64,000 nt of DNA from Desulfovibrio sp. (GTDB lineage: Bacteria; Desulfobacterota; Desulfovibrionia; Desulfovibrionales; Desulfovibrionaceae): the NCBI GenBank assembly GCA_031290615.1, contig JAITNF010000075.1, positions 5,845-69,844 on the forward strand, in the 5' to 3' direction. The notes beneath the pieces were generated by a model. It saw only the letters and a list, made by a program, of their open reading frames with translations, searched no databases and was not told where the DNA came from. The first letter of the stretch is position 1. Each line of letters starts with the position of its first letter. The position numbers and the translations under genes were made by a program. Shown one piece after another: positions 29,334 through 39,121 of this stretch.

Positions 29334-29432
29334 TGTAATACTCTGCAATACCTAACATAAATTTTTTTGAATGTGTTTTCATAACGTCTTGTTATTTCAA
29401 ATAGTTGCTGGTTTCGATGCGTTAGCCCTGTG
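29313..29432. mobile_element. Putative miniature ISAs1-like element (MITE) with imperfect terminal inverted repeats
   Basis: Left CAGAGCAGACGCAT versus reverse complement of right end CAGGGCTAACGCAT (11/14). The right end reads ...AGFDALAL*, like ISAs1 transposase C-termini. Family assignment is inference. Confidence 0.45.
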
Positions 29433-29733
29433 AATTTTTACCGGCGGACAATGCGAAAGAACAATATAATTGGAGACTGTATCACATTATAATTTTTGGC
29501 AAAAAATATTTTGAGAGATTTACACAAAGAATGTTGAGAGTGTTCGCCGGTCGATAGATTTTGTCTGCCTTTCCGGATTTTAGATAGTATCGTCAATAGA
29601 TTTTAAACCAAATGGCAATACATCCGCATGGAAAAACACTACTCAAATCCAACAGACCGCTCTTTTCCTGTGGCTGTGTGGTTTTCCTTGTTTCTCAATC
29701 ATAGAAAAGGATGATTCTGCTGTGCCGCGCCCA

Positions 29734-30063
29734 TGGTGTGAGGGACTTTTGACCAACGGTGAACATTGGATGTTGGTTAACGCTCCAGTCGGTTCCACTT
29801 CCAATTTTAACCTCCTGGTTTGCGCGGTGGTTTAAGGAGCCGAATACCCTGAAGGCGTTTCAATCGTTGTTGGGCGTCCGCCGCCGCTTCGGCCCAGATG
29901 AAGTTACAGACACTTTGGGCGAGCAGGTGCGGCGGACCGTCGATGTTTTAGTGCAATATCTTGATAAGGCTAATGAAGACCGCAACCGCGAACTTTTGCG
30001 GGATGTAAAACCAACCGATCCGTATGAAGTCAGATTGACGGTCATGATGCGGCTGGTTATTTT
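29734..30063 (+). pseudogene. Internal fragment of a large type IIG/Eco57I-like restriction-modification DNA methyltransferase
   Basis: GLLTNGEHWMLVNAP, frameshift, then SWFARWFKEPNTLKAFQSLLGVRR...DEVTDTLGEQVRRTVDVLVQYLDKANEDRNRELL...LTVMMRLV. No start and no methylase motifs remain. Confidence 0.6.
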
Positions 30064-30353
30064 TGACCGCGCCACGAAAAAATCCTGGGACGACAAAATA
30101 TCCGTGGTTCACGGAAAGCCCGCCGGACGACAAAATCGTATACATTGGCGGGTGTTGATGCAGCGACAATTTCAGGCGTAACACTCGGCCCGCGCATGGC
30201 TTTGGTCTTCGGGCATATATGTTATGTATTGCTCTTCCTCCGCAAAGGGTTTATTCTCAACTGCGAAGTCCGCAGAGAGGGATTCTTTTCAACAGGTTGT
30301 TATAAAGGGTGAATCCGGAAAGAACGCCAAATGTTGTGACTACAGGACAAGAC

Positions 30354-31859
30354 ATGACCGACATACGTTTTCAGAATCTCGGCCCTGAACAATGGAAGGC
30401 CGACATCATGCTGGCCCCTTTCTGCGAGGGTGAGGTTGATCTAGCCCAATGTCCGGAACTGGACAAGGCGGCACCGTGGCTTGCTGTGGCTCCAGCCTTA
30501 CGCGACGTGCGTGGGGAAAAAGAGGAGCTGACCTTGCTCCACGGACACCATGATCTTTCTGTCCCGCGCGTGCTGACTGTGGGCCTCGGCCAGCGCGACA
30601 CACTGGACATGGAGATTTTCCGCAAGGCCGTTGCCGGAGCTGTGCGGCTGTGCACCCAAAAAGGTTTTGCCTCCATTCTTCTACCGGAGCCGATGCTGGC
30701 GGCGCTACCCGGCGGCAGAGAGCGCCTTGTGGAAGAATCCGTCTGCGCCGCCCTGCTGGCCGTCAACCGTTTTCCCTCCCTGAAAAAAAAGCTGGAAAAA
30801 AGTCCGCCTGAGCCGGAATGGATTGCTTTGGGTTTTATGGACGACAAACCAGACTGTCTGCATGCTGCCGCACGTCGCGGGGAAAACGCGGCAACCGCCG
30901 TGAGTCTGGCCCGCGAGCTTGCCAATACACCGGGCAATCTTCTTTCACCGCGGGCACTTGCCGAACGGGCGACGCGTCTTGCCGAAGAGTGCGGTTTCGC
31001 CTGTACTGTTTTTGACGAAGACACCCTGGAAAAAAACGGCTTTGGCGCGCTTCTGGCAGTGGGGAGGGGTTCCGCGCAGCCCCCGCGGCTTATTATCCTG
31101 GAGTACGCCTCCGGGGGGTGCGAACAGGATAAACCGCTGGTTTTTGTCGGCAAGGGAATCACCTTTGATTCCGGCGGACTGTGCCTCAAGCCCGCTGCCG
31201 GCATGGGCGAGATGAAAAGCGACATGTCCGGAGCAGCGGCTGTACTGGCAGCTGTGGCAACGGCCGCGCGCGAGGGTGTGCCACGTCGGATTGTCGGCCT
31301 TCTGGCCTGTGCGGAAAATATGCCCGATGGCCGGGCCATGCGGCCCGGAGACGTGGTGCGCGCGGTCAACGGCGACACGGTGGAAATTGCCAATACCGAC
31401 GCCGAGGGCCGCCTTGTCCTTTGCGATGCGCTCGCTTGGGCTCAAAAGGAATGGACGCCTACCGCCGTTGTGGATATCGCCACTCTCACCGGCGCCTGCG
31501 CCGTGGCCTTGGGCAAGGACATGGCAGGAATATTCTGCGACGATGCGGAACTTGTCGAGCGTATCCGGGCGGCTGGGGGAACGTGCGGCGAACATTACTG
31601 GGAACTGCCCCTCTGGAAGCCCTATGCCGAACAACTCAAAAGCGAAATAGCGGACATCTGCCACATGGGTCCGCGTGAAGGCGGGGCCGTCAACGCCGCC
31701 CTCTTTCTGCGGCATTTTGTGACGGACGGCGTACGCTGGGCGCATCTGGACATCGCCGGCACGGACTGGGCGGAAAAAGCCTCTCCCCTATGCCCCGTGG
31801 GTGCCACGGGTTTTGGAACGCGCACGTTGCTGGAGCTAGCAAGGGAAGACGCGCTGTGA
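30354..31859 (+). CDS. pepA: Leucyl aminopeptidase (M17)
   Basis: GKGITFDSGG, MKSDMSG, NTDAEGRL, DIATLTGA, WAHLDIAG. Confidence 0.95.
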   Translation: MTDIRFQNLGPEQWKADIMLAPFCEGEVDLAQCPELDKAAPWLAVAPALRDVRGEKEELTLLHGHHDLSVPRVLTVGLGQRDTLDMEIFRKAVAGAVRLCTQKGFASILLPEPMLAALPGGRERLVEESVCAALLAVNRFPSLKKKLEKSPPEPEWIALGFMDDKPDCLHAAARRGENAATAVSLARELANTPGNLLSPRALAERATRLAEECGFACTVFDEDTLEKNGFGALLAVGRGSAQPPRLIILEYASGGCEQDKPLVFVGKGITFDSGGLCLKPAAGMGEMKSDMSGAAAVLAAVATAAREGVPRRIVGLLACAENMPDGRAMRPGDVVRAVNGDTVEIANTDAEGRLVLCDALAWAQKEWTPTAVVDIATLTGACAVALGKDMAGIFCDDAELVERIRAAGGTCGEHYWELPLWKPYAEQLKSEIADICHMGPREGGAVNAALFLRHFVTDGVRWAHLDIAGTDWAEKASPLCPVGATGFGTRTLLELAREDAL

Positions 31860-33370
31860 AAGTCTGCCTTCTCGGCGCCGGTCCAGGAGATCCCGGCCTT
31901 CTGACCATCAGGGCGCGGGACGTTTTGGCAAGCGCCGACGTGGTTGTGTACGACGCTCTGGCCTTTGACGGTCTGCTTGACTTGGCCGACCCCGATGCGG
32001 AACTGGTCTACGTCGGCAAGGTGGCCGGAAGTCATGCCATGTCCCAGGACCGAATTAATGCCCTGCTGATAGCCAAAGCGAGGGAAGGCAAGATTGTGGC
32101 GCGGCTTAAGGGTGGGGATCCGTACATTTTCGGGCGAGGCGGCGAAGAGGGCGAGGCGCTCCACGCTGCGGGAATACCGTTTGAGGAAGTGCCGGGCGTC
32201 AGCAGCGCCGTCGCGGTGCCAGCCTATGCTGGCATTCCGGTGACGCACCGTGATTTTGCCTCGTCGGTCACCATCATCACCGGAAATGAAAATCCTGGCA
32301 AGGGAGAATCAGCGCACAATTGGCAGGCCCTTGCCCACAGCGCTTCCACGCTGGTGTTTGTGATGGGCGTGGCCAATCTGCCCGCGATTGCCGAAAATCT
32401 TGTAACCGCCGGCCTTGATCCGCAAACCCCTGCGGCTCTTGTTCATCGCGGCACAACCCCCCAACAGCGCAGCCTCGTGTCCACCATAGCGCGATTGCCA
32501 GATGAGGCGCGAAACAGGGGCTTTACCAACCCATCCGTGATTGTTGTGGGCAAGGTGGCGTGGCTTGCCGAAAAACTCAACTGGTTCGAGCGAAGACCGC
32601 TTTTCGGCAAAAGCGTTGTGGTGACGCGCGCGCTGAAGCAGGCCAGCGGCATTGCCTCCGCTCTCGCGCAACTTGGGGCGCAGGTTCTTGAATTCCCAAC
32701 CATAAGAATACGCCCTCCGGAGGATTTCGTCGAACTCGACGCAGCGATTGCGCGCCTTCAGGATTACGACTGGGTGATTTTTACCTCCGTCAACGGCGTG
32801 AGTTCTTTTTTTGACCGCCTCTCCCTTGCCGGAAATGACAGTCGGGCCCTTGCTGGACGCAAGGTGGCGGCCATAGGCCCGGCAACAGCCGGGGCGCTGG
32901 CGGGATACGGCATCCGGGCGGACTTTGTTCCGGAACATTTTGTGGCGGAAAGCGTGACTGAAGGGCTTCTGCGCACGGCATCGCTTGACGGACGACGCAT
33001 CCTGCTGCCGCGCGCGGCAAAAGCCAGAGACGTGTTGCCGCAAGAACTACGCAAAGCGGGAACGCGCGTGGACGTGGTCACGGCCTACGAAACTGTTCCG
33101 GCCGGAGCGCGCAAGGAAGAAACTATCACGCGCCTGAAAGAAGGCAGCCTTGACTGCGTGACCTTCGGCTCCTCCTCCACGGTGGAGAATTTTTTGGCCT
33201 TGGTGCCGCCGGACGTCGTCAGGCAGTCGGGGGCGCGCCTGGCGGCCATAGGCCCGATGACAGCCCAAACCCTGTGCCGACACAGGCTTGAGTGCCACAT
33301 CATGCCCGAAAAATATACCATATCAGCACTTGTGGAAGCCGTTAAAATTTTTTTTGCGCCATGCCTGTGA
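31856..33370 (+). CDS. cobA: Fused uroporphyrinogen-III C-methyltransferase / uroporphyrinogen-III synthase (CobA-HemD)
   Basis: [27 protein letters not shown], then VVVTRA, FTSVNGV, AIGPAT HemD domain. GTGA overlap with pepA. Confidence 0.95.
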   Translation: MKVCLLGAGPGDPGLLTIRARDVLASADVVVYDALAFDGLLDLADPDAELVYVGKVAGSHAMSQDRINALLIAKAREGKIVARLKGGDPYIFGRGGEEGEALHAAGIPFEEVPGVSSAVAVPAYAGIPVTHRDFASSVTIITGNENPGKGESAHNWQALAHSASTLVFVMGVANLPAIAENLVTAGLDPQTPAALVHRGTTPQQRSLVSTIARLPDEARNRGFTNPSVIVVGKVAWLAEKLNWFERRPLFGKSVVVTRALKQASGIASALAQLGAQVLEFPTIRIRPPEDFVELDAAIARLQDYDWVIFTSVNGVSSFFDRLSLAGNDSRALAGRKVAAIGPATAGALAGYGIRADFVPEHFVAESVTEGLLRTASLDGRRILLPRAAKARDVLPQELRKAGTRVDVVTAYETVPAGARKEETITRLKEGSLDCVTFGSSSTVENFLALVPPDVVRQSGARLAAIGPMTAQTLCRHRLECHIMPEKYTISALVEAVKIFFAPCL

Positions 33371-34035
33371 ATATCGCCATACTTGCCTCGGGCAACGGCA
33401 CCAACGCCCAAGCCATCATGGACAAAATCGCCGCCGGCGTGTTGAACGCTCGCCTGTGCCTTGTGGTGAGCAACAGGCCGGGCGCTGGTGTGCTGGAACG
33501 CGCACGCAAGGCGGGTGTTCCGACTCTGCTGCTGGATCACACGGCCTGGGCGGACAGAACCGCCTATGACGCGGCGCTTGTGTCGGCGTTCAGAGAGCAC
33601 GGGGCGGAATACATCGCGCTGGCCGGCTATATGCGTCTGGTGACGGCACAGTTTCTCCGGGCCTTTGAGGGACGCGTGGTCAATATCCACCCCTCCCTAT
33701 TGCCGAGTTTCCCAGGTTTGCGCGGCGGGGCAGACGCGCTGGCTTACGGCGTTACCCTGACCGGCTGCACCGCGCATTTTGTAGACGAAGCAATGGACAG
33801 CGGGCCGGTCATCATTCAGGCCGCTGTCCCCGTCCATGCCGGAGAGAACCTGGAAAGCCTTATGGAACGCATTCACGCCCTTGAACACCGCATTTTTCCT
33901 CAGGCTTTGCAGTGGCTGGCGCAGGGTCGTGTAATAAGAAAAGATAGGCTGGTTTGTCTGGCGCCGACCGGAGCAAAACGCGTTCGCCGCAGAGATGACT
34001 GCCTTGTATGGCCGCCACTGGAAGAAAATTTTTAG
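33361..34035 (+). CDS. purN: Phosphoribosylglycinamide formyltransferase
   Basis: ASGNGTNAQA, LAGYMR, NIHPSLLPSFPG, GCTAHFVD, DSGPVI. Confidence 0.96.
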   Translation: MPVNIAILASGNGTNAQAIMDKIAAGVLNARLCLVVSNRPGAGVLERARKAGVPTLLLDHTAWADRTAYDAALVSAFREHGAEYIALAGYMRLVTAQFLRAFEGRVVNIHPSLLPSFPGLRGGADALAYGVTLTGCTAHFVDEAMDSGPVIIQAAVPVHAGENLESLMERIHALEHRIFPQALQWLAQGRVIRKDRLVCLAPTGAKRVRRRDDCLVWPPLEENF

Positions 34036-34254
34036 AATGGACGATTGCGGCTAAAAGCCACTTGCGTTGTTGCGAATTAAAAAAGTTATTCTTCGCCTGT
34101 AATTTTGAAACTACACACCCCCCAACAAGCACTTGTTTGCGATATTTTGGTTATCCGGACCACATATTGTCTCTGCTCAGGAAAGATACCGAAGCTTTTC
34201 TTATAATATAACGGCAATGGCATGTTCTAGGTAAACGCGATGAATTATTTCAAT

Positions 34255-34340
34255 TAGAGCAGATCAACTTTGAAAAAGTTGCTCCTCGCGGCAAGGAGTT
34301 GCCTGTCGTAGAGCAAGCATCTCAAGCATTAAATGCTCTA
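34255..34340 (+). mobile_element. TA-flanked MITE copy A (internally deleted), TAGAGCA...TGCTCTA ends
   Basis: Terminal inverted TAGAGCA/TGCTCTA; both ends align with the reverse complement of 53289-53416. Confidence 0.7.
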
Positions 34341-35504
34341 GTTCTGAAAAATCTTTTTTGTTTTTTTGCGGTACTGGTCAGTGGGGCGTGCGGCTTCCTG
34401 CGCGCGCAGAACGGCCTTGGCGTTGGCGTCACCGTTTTGGGCGGCCAGCCTATACCAGCGGTTGGCTTCGCTCAAGTTACGCGTCACACCTGTGCCCTGC
34501 TCATACATGACCCCAAGGCTGTACTGGGCCGCAGGCTCGTTCTGTTTTGCGGATTTGCGGTAATATTCCACAGCGTTGTTGTAATCCTGGGGCACTCCGC
34601 GCCCCTGTTCATACATGAGACCGAGATTATACAGCGCCTCGGCTGAGCCGCGCTCGGCGGCGCGGGAATACCACTGCACGGCTTTGGCGGCGTCTTGGGC
34701 AAAGCCGCGGCCTTCAGCGTACATGTAGGCTAGATTGTTTTGAGCCTTGACGTGATCCTGTTCAGCGGCCCTGCTGTACCAGTGAGCGGCCTTGGTGTCA
34801 CTCTGGTTTTCGTCCTTTCCGTTCAAATAGACCCATCCCAAGGAATATTGGGCCTGTGCAAGACCCTGGTTAGCAGCCCTGCTGTACCAGTCTATGGCCG
34901 TGTTTTCATCCTTGGGTACGCCCCGGCCGTAGGCATATAGATAACCGAGGCTGAACTGGGCCAAGGCATGGCCCTGTTCGGCGGCTTTTGTCAGCCAGTG
35001 CGCTGCGTCCCTGTAATTGCTGCGTATGCCCGTACCCGAGGCCAGCGCCGCGCCGACGGCGTATTGGGCGCTGATGTCGCCCTTTTCTGCGGCCTGACGA
35101 AAAAGCTGCACGGCACGCGTTTTATCCTGCTTGACGCCCTTGCCTTCCAGAAGCAGTATACCCTTCACATACATGGCTTCGGCGCTGCCGACGGCGACGG
35201 CTGTATTGAGCAGAGCGGCCGCTCTGACATAGTCCTGCCTGTCAAGTGCCCCCTGGACTTCACGCAGGGAGTCGGCCTCGAGGGAGTCGCCCTCGCCGGC
35301 GCGGCACGGGGCACCTGCCAAAAGGCAGAGAGCTGTCAAGCAAAGGGCGACGCCGAATCGTCCCGGTACTACCAACAGGAGCGAAAAACGATTACATTTT
35401 TCGCTCCGAAGCGTTTCAGAGAAAGCGCGGAGTTGCCTCGCTTCAGTTCGCTGCCCGCCGCTCGTAAAAAAGCAGAAATTTTTTGCTCTTTGTGCTAAAA
35501 TCAT
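34338..35504 (-). CDS. Sel1-repeat protein (about seven repeats), probably exported
   Basis: Repeats of AQYxLGxxYxxGxGVxxD..AxxWYxxAAxQG; hydrophobic leader; ATGA overlap with the upstream gene. Confidence 0.9.
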   Translation of the reverse strand: MILAQRAKNFCFFTSGGQRTEARQLRAFSETLRSEKCNRFSLLLVVPGRFGVALCLTALCLLAGAPCRAGEGDSLEADSLREVQGALDRQDYVRAAALLNTAVAVGSAEAMYVKGILLLEGKGVKQDKTRAVQLFRQAAEKGDISAQYAVGAALASGTGIRSNYRDAAHWLTKAAEQGHALAQFSLGYLYAYGRGVPKDENTAIDWYSRAANQGLAQAQYSLGWVYLNGKDENQSDTKAAHWYSRAAEQDHVKAQNNLAYMYAEGRGFAQDAAKAVQWYSRAAERGSAEALYNLGLMYEQGRGVPQDYNNAVEYYRKSAKQNEPAAQYSLGVMYEQGTGVTRNLSEANRWYRLAAQNGDANAKAVLRAQEAARPTDQYRKKTKKIFQN

Positions 35505-37201
35505 AGTTTTACCAATGTGTTGAGCCAATACGCATTTTCACCGCCCCGCACCGTCATGGCATATACGGCGCAATAGCGGCGGCGGGCGGTCTGCACGGGC
35601 GCGCTCCTCCACCATGCCGGATTGTCAAAAACGCGCTCCGCCGCGCCTGCGGCCTCTTCCGGTGTGGGATACCAGATACCTGCGGCCGCAAGCTCGCCAC
35701 GCATATTTTCGCTTTGCGGCGTGCAGAGCCAAGCCGGACACGACCAGTACAACACTGTGGGCACGTCGGCGGCCAGAGCTTCCAGCATGGTAGTTCCGGG
35801 ATGGTCCAGAACAAGCAGGCGGCAAGAGAGCATCTGTCTGGCAAGGGAGCCGGCGCAAAGGCGCACTTGCGGAAATTGCGGCAAAAGCCAGTCCGCGTCT
35901 CCGAGAGTTCCTGGTATGGGAAAATAGGGACGGTACAGAGCGCGGCCGCGCAGATCAGGCCGCAGGGCGGCAAAAAAGCGTTTCTTGGCCCGGCGGTAAT
36001 CCATCACCTGCAAAGGAGTGGGGCAAGCGTCCAGCCGGTAGGGGAAAAGCGGCATTTCCGTGCCCACAAACAGCAGGGTTTCTCCCCCTTCCATGTGCCT
36101 GTCCGCAATGCGGGCGAGTTGGGGATAGGGCAGGGGCACAAAGTTGCCGCGATGGCCCGTATACTCCCGCCAGCCCCAAGTGCCGAAAGCGTGCTGGCAG
36201 TATTCCACGGCGGCGGGCAGGCAGTGTGTCAGCGCCTGGCCGTAGCCCGCGCCGTGCTGCACATACATGAGACGGTTCCCGCATCCGCGCCAGACAGCCA
36301 AGCGTTGACGGTAGGCTTCGTTTTCATAGGCCAGGATGCTCGCAATGCGCAGGCGGGGGGCGCGCGTCACAGTCAGGACGCGGGGATGCCCAAGTTTGCG
36401 AAGGCTTTCCGGCAGAGCCGCAAGAAAAACTGGCAGGCATGGCATCGGCAAATCAGGCGCGTGTGTCTTTGCCCCGGAAAAAGCGTCGGCAGGAGGCGCA
36501 GAACGGTCTTCTCCCCTGCTTTTGTGCAGCAGCGCCAGCGAAAAAAGCAGGCTCTGCCCCAAGCTCACGCCCTTGAGGGGCGGGCAGGGTAAGCGCAACA
36601 CAAGGTTGCCCAAGCATTTTTTCAAGCGGCTTTTCAGGCCCCAGCTCCTGTTTTCACCGCTTTCTCCGTAGCTTTCCCTGACAGGGGGCAAGAACTCCTT
36701 TTGCCAGGACTCGGGCCACACGGCCTCCAGCAGGCGGGAGAGTAGCCAGTGGTTGAAGACAGCACCCAATGCACCGTAGAGGGTAAAATCGTGTCCGGTG
36801 GCAAAAATGAAGGCGCATTCCTGCGGCAGCAGAGGCACACGCAGGGATAGTCTGCCCCAACATCTCGTCATGGACAGAACACGCGTCCACCGTTCGGCGA
36901 TCTGCCGGGCCACGTCCACGCCCCAAGGCGAGAGTAGCGTTTCCCAATACGTCCGGGGCAAGGTGTTGTCGGGGCAAAGGGTTGCGGCTATGGCTGGCAG
37001 GGCTTCGGCATAGATGCGTAGAGCATATTTTGCGCAGCTTTCCAGTTGGGCTGGAGCGCGCAGAGGCTCCGGCGCAAAGGTGAAATTTTCCCAGTCCGGA
37101 AACAAGTAGTCCCGGCCGGCGAAACACCACGGCCCGGCGGCAAGGCAGTCTTCCTGGCGCGTCCCTTCCGGCATAGCGCCCAAAATCAGAGTTTTCACCA
37201 T
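35501..37201 (-). CDS. LIC12162-family putative transferase (surface glycan locus)
   Basis: CLAAGPWCF, PEPL, QHGAGYG, TWGW, YRPY, VLDHPGTTMLEALAADVPTVLYW. Confidence 0.7.
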   Translation of the reverse strand: MVKTLILGAMPEGTRQEDCLAAGPWCFAGRDYLFPDWENFTFAPEPLRAPAQLESCAKYALRIYAEALPAIAATLCPDNTLPRTYWETLLSPWGVDVARQIAERWTRVLSMTRCWGRLSLRVPLLPQECAFIFATGHDFTLYGALGAVFNHWLLSRLLEAVWPESWQKEFLPPVRESYGESGENRSWGLKSRLKKCLGNLVLRLPCPPLKGVSLGQSLLFSLALLHKSRGEDRSAPPADAFSGAKTHAPDLPMPCLPVFLAALPESLRKLGHPRVLTVTRAPRLRIASILAYENEAYRQRLAVWRGCGNRLMYVQHGAGYGQALTHCLPAAVEYCQHAFGTWGWREYTGHRGNFVPLPYPQLARIADRHMEGGETLLFVGTEMPLFPYRLDACPTPLQVMDYRRAKKRFFAALRPDLRGRALYRPYFPIPGTLGDADWLLPQFPQVRLCAGSLARQMLSCRLLVLDHPGTTMLEALAADVPTVLYWSCPAWLCTPQSENMRGELAAAGIWYPTPEEAAGAAERVFDNPAWWRSAPVQTARRRYCAVYAMTVRGGENAYWLNTLVKL

Positions 37202-37205
37202 TGCG

Positions 37206-38264
37206 CTATTTATCAAGATCAGACCAGGAAAGAACCGCGCCTTCAGGAAGATCGCGGCGGGCACGCATGGCGATAACCTCGTCGTAATTACGCGGAGAAA
37301 TGCCGTGGCCCGGGCGTTTCCAGGTCAGGTCTTCCGGGGTAAGATTTTGACCGGCCCTTAAGGCGCGTGCCGTCACTAGAGATCGGCGGGCGTGGACTCT
37401 GGCGGGCTCTTCTTCCGGTAGGGAGCGCAGGCCAAATTCCCCTATGGAGGTCAGCGTTTCCTTGATGCGCCGCATAAAGAGCTTCAAGTCTTCCCTGTCC
37501 ATGGCATGGTAGTGGTCATTGCCTGGCAGACTCTTGTCGTGGGTAAAGTGCTTTTCCAGCGCGCGCGCGCCCAGCAGGGCGGCGGTTTCCAGGATATGCA
37601 TGTCCTTCGGCAGGGTGTGGTCCGAATAGCCAATAACACATTGCGGAAAATGCTGTTTGAGGGCTGGTATCATGCCCAGCGTCGCGTTTTCGTCGGCCGT
37701 CGGATAGTTCAGAACGCAGTGCAGAAGGACTAGGGGATTGCCTTTTTCCTCAATCCATTCCACAGCTTCCGCGATTTCGTGTAGATGCGCAGCGCCGGTT
37801 GAGAGCAGGATAGGTTTTTTGAAATCGCAGAGAGTGCGGATAAAAGGTTTGTTGGTGATGTCGGAAGAAGAAATTTTGAAGACATCCATGAGATCGTTAA
37901 GAAAATACGCGCTCTCCACATCAAAGGGTGTGGAGAGAAAAGCAATGCCCTCGACGTCGCAATATTTTTTCAGGGTCTCAAATTCATTTTTCCAGAAGGA
38001 ATCGTGCTTTTTGAAGAATTCGTACTGGCTTTCTGCAGGTTCCTTGCCGGTGTCCCAATAAGCGGGTGAGTTCCTGGAGGCAAGCGTCTCAGCCCTATAG
38101 GTCTGAAATTTGATGGCGTCCGCGCCACCTTCGGCAGCCTCGGCGACAAGACGTCTGGCAATGTCCATGCTGCCTTCGTGGTTCACGCCTGCCTCGGCGA
38201 TGACACAGGGCATGGGGATGATTTTTTCCGGTTTGGAATTGGCAAAGACATCGGCAAGTTTCAT
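37206..38264 (-). CDS. Nonulosonic acid synthase (NeuB/PseI/LegI family) with C-terminal SAF domain
   Basis: IAEAGVNHEG, GADAIKFQT, STPFD, KPILLSTG, LHCVLNYP, GYSDHT, EKHFT, KRPGHGISP. Confidence 0.9.
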   Translation of the reverse strand: MKLADVFANSKPEKIIPMPCVIAEAGVNHEGSMDIARRLVAEAAEGGADAIKFQTYRAETLASRNSPAYWDTGKEPAESQYEFFKKHDSFWKNEFETLKKYCDVEGIAFLSTPFDVESAYFLNDLMDVFKISSSDITNKPFIRTLCDFKKPILLSTGAAHLHEIAEAVEWIEEKGNPLVLLHCVLNYPTADENATLGMIPALKQHFPQCVIGYSDHTLPKDMHILETAALLGARALEKHFTHDKSLPGNDHYHAMDREDLKLFMRRIKETLTSIGEFGLRSLPEEEPARVHARRSLVTARALRAGQNLTPEDLTWKRPGHGISPRNYDEVIAMRARRDLPEGAVLSWSDLDK

Positions 38265-38579
38265 GAGGCAACCTCGTTTTATCATATTTGTACAACAAAC
38301 ATCGTTACAAGTCAATAATCGGGCATGTGTCATCACAGAGCTGACGCATCTTGATTGTTTACAAAGAAGTGTTGGTAACCATCCCTTAAAATAATACCAT
38401 GTTCCACGCCATGAAAGCTCTGGAGCGCTGAAACACCTGGACTTTGCCTCCATGTCCTCAGTCTATGGGGACCACTGGGCCGAGACCGACCTTAGGTCTC
38501 TCGGCGCAAATCTAGGACTGCCTCAACGAAGGACTGCTGGCAGCGCCTTGAAGAGCTGGCACAGACGTTTTTCTGGGAC

Positions 38580-38800
38580 TACCCCTTTACTCACCAGGCA
38601 GTGATGATACGCCGTTCTGTCCCGGAACAGTTTTGTGGCTACGCTTTTACGATCACACGGAATGAACAATCTGTCCGAGGTGCTGCTCTGTTACCGTCTG
38701 CAGCAGAACGCCCTTGAAGTACGCCGATACGCTTTTTTCGTGCAGGCCGCATGGCCACGCCGTGTACGTAGCGAAAATCCTCGGGATTTCGTAACCTGAA
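38580..38800 (+). pseudogene. Glycosyltransferase family 2 remnant
   Basis: PFTHQAVMIRRSV...GY, then frameshifted MNNLSEVLLCYR, resembling GT2 C-terminal motifs. Confidence 0.45.
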
Positions 38801-39121
38801 TCCGTATTTGAGTTGTCCTGAATTTTGATCCGAAAGTGTTCACTTGAAGATAGACAGAAAACAGATCTGGTATCGGGCAAAAACAGATGGCGTTGTGAGC
38901 GCCACCCAAAGTTTGAGTGAATCATCCATCATGTCCGCTGTTTTTGAACCCACTTTAATATCTTGACAATAGGCGGAAAAATCTTCATTTTTCAAAAATT
39001 GTCGAACTTGCCGTTGTACATGGACAATATGGACGTTCAAAAAGACCGGCAAGCCGCCGCGTTGTGTTGACGCCATAATTAACAGCTTCAAAGTCAAATT
39101 GCATCAACCTGGAGATTCAGC

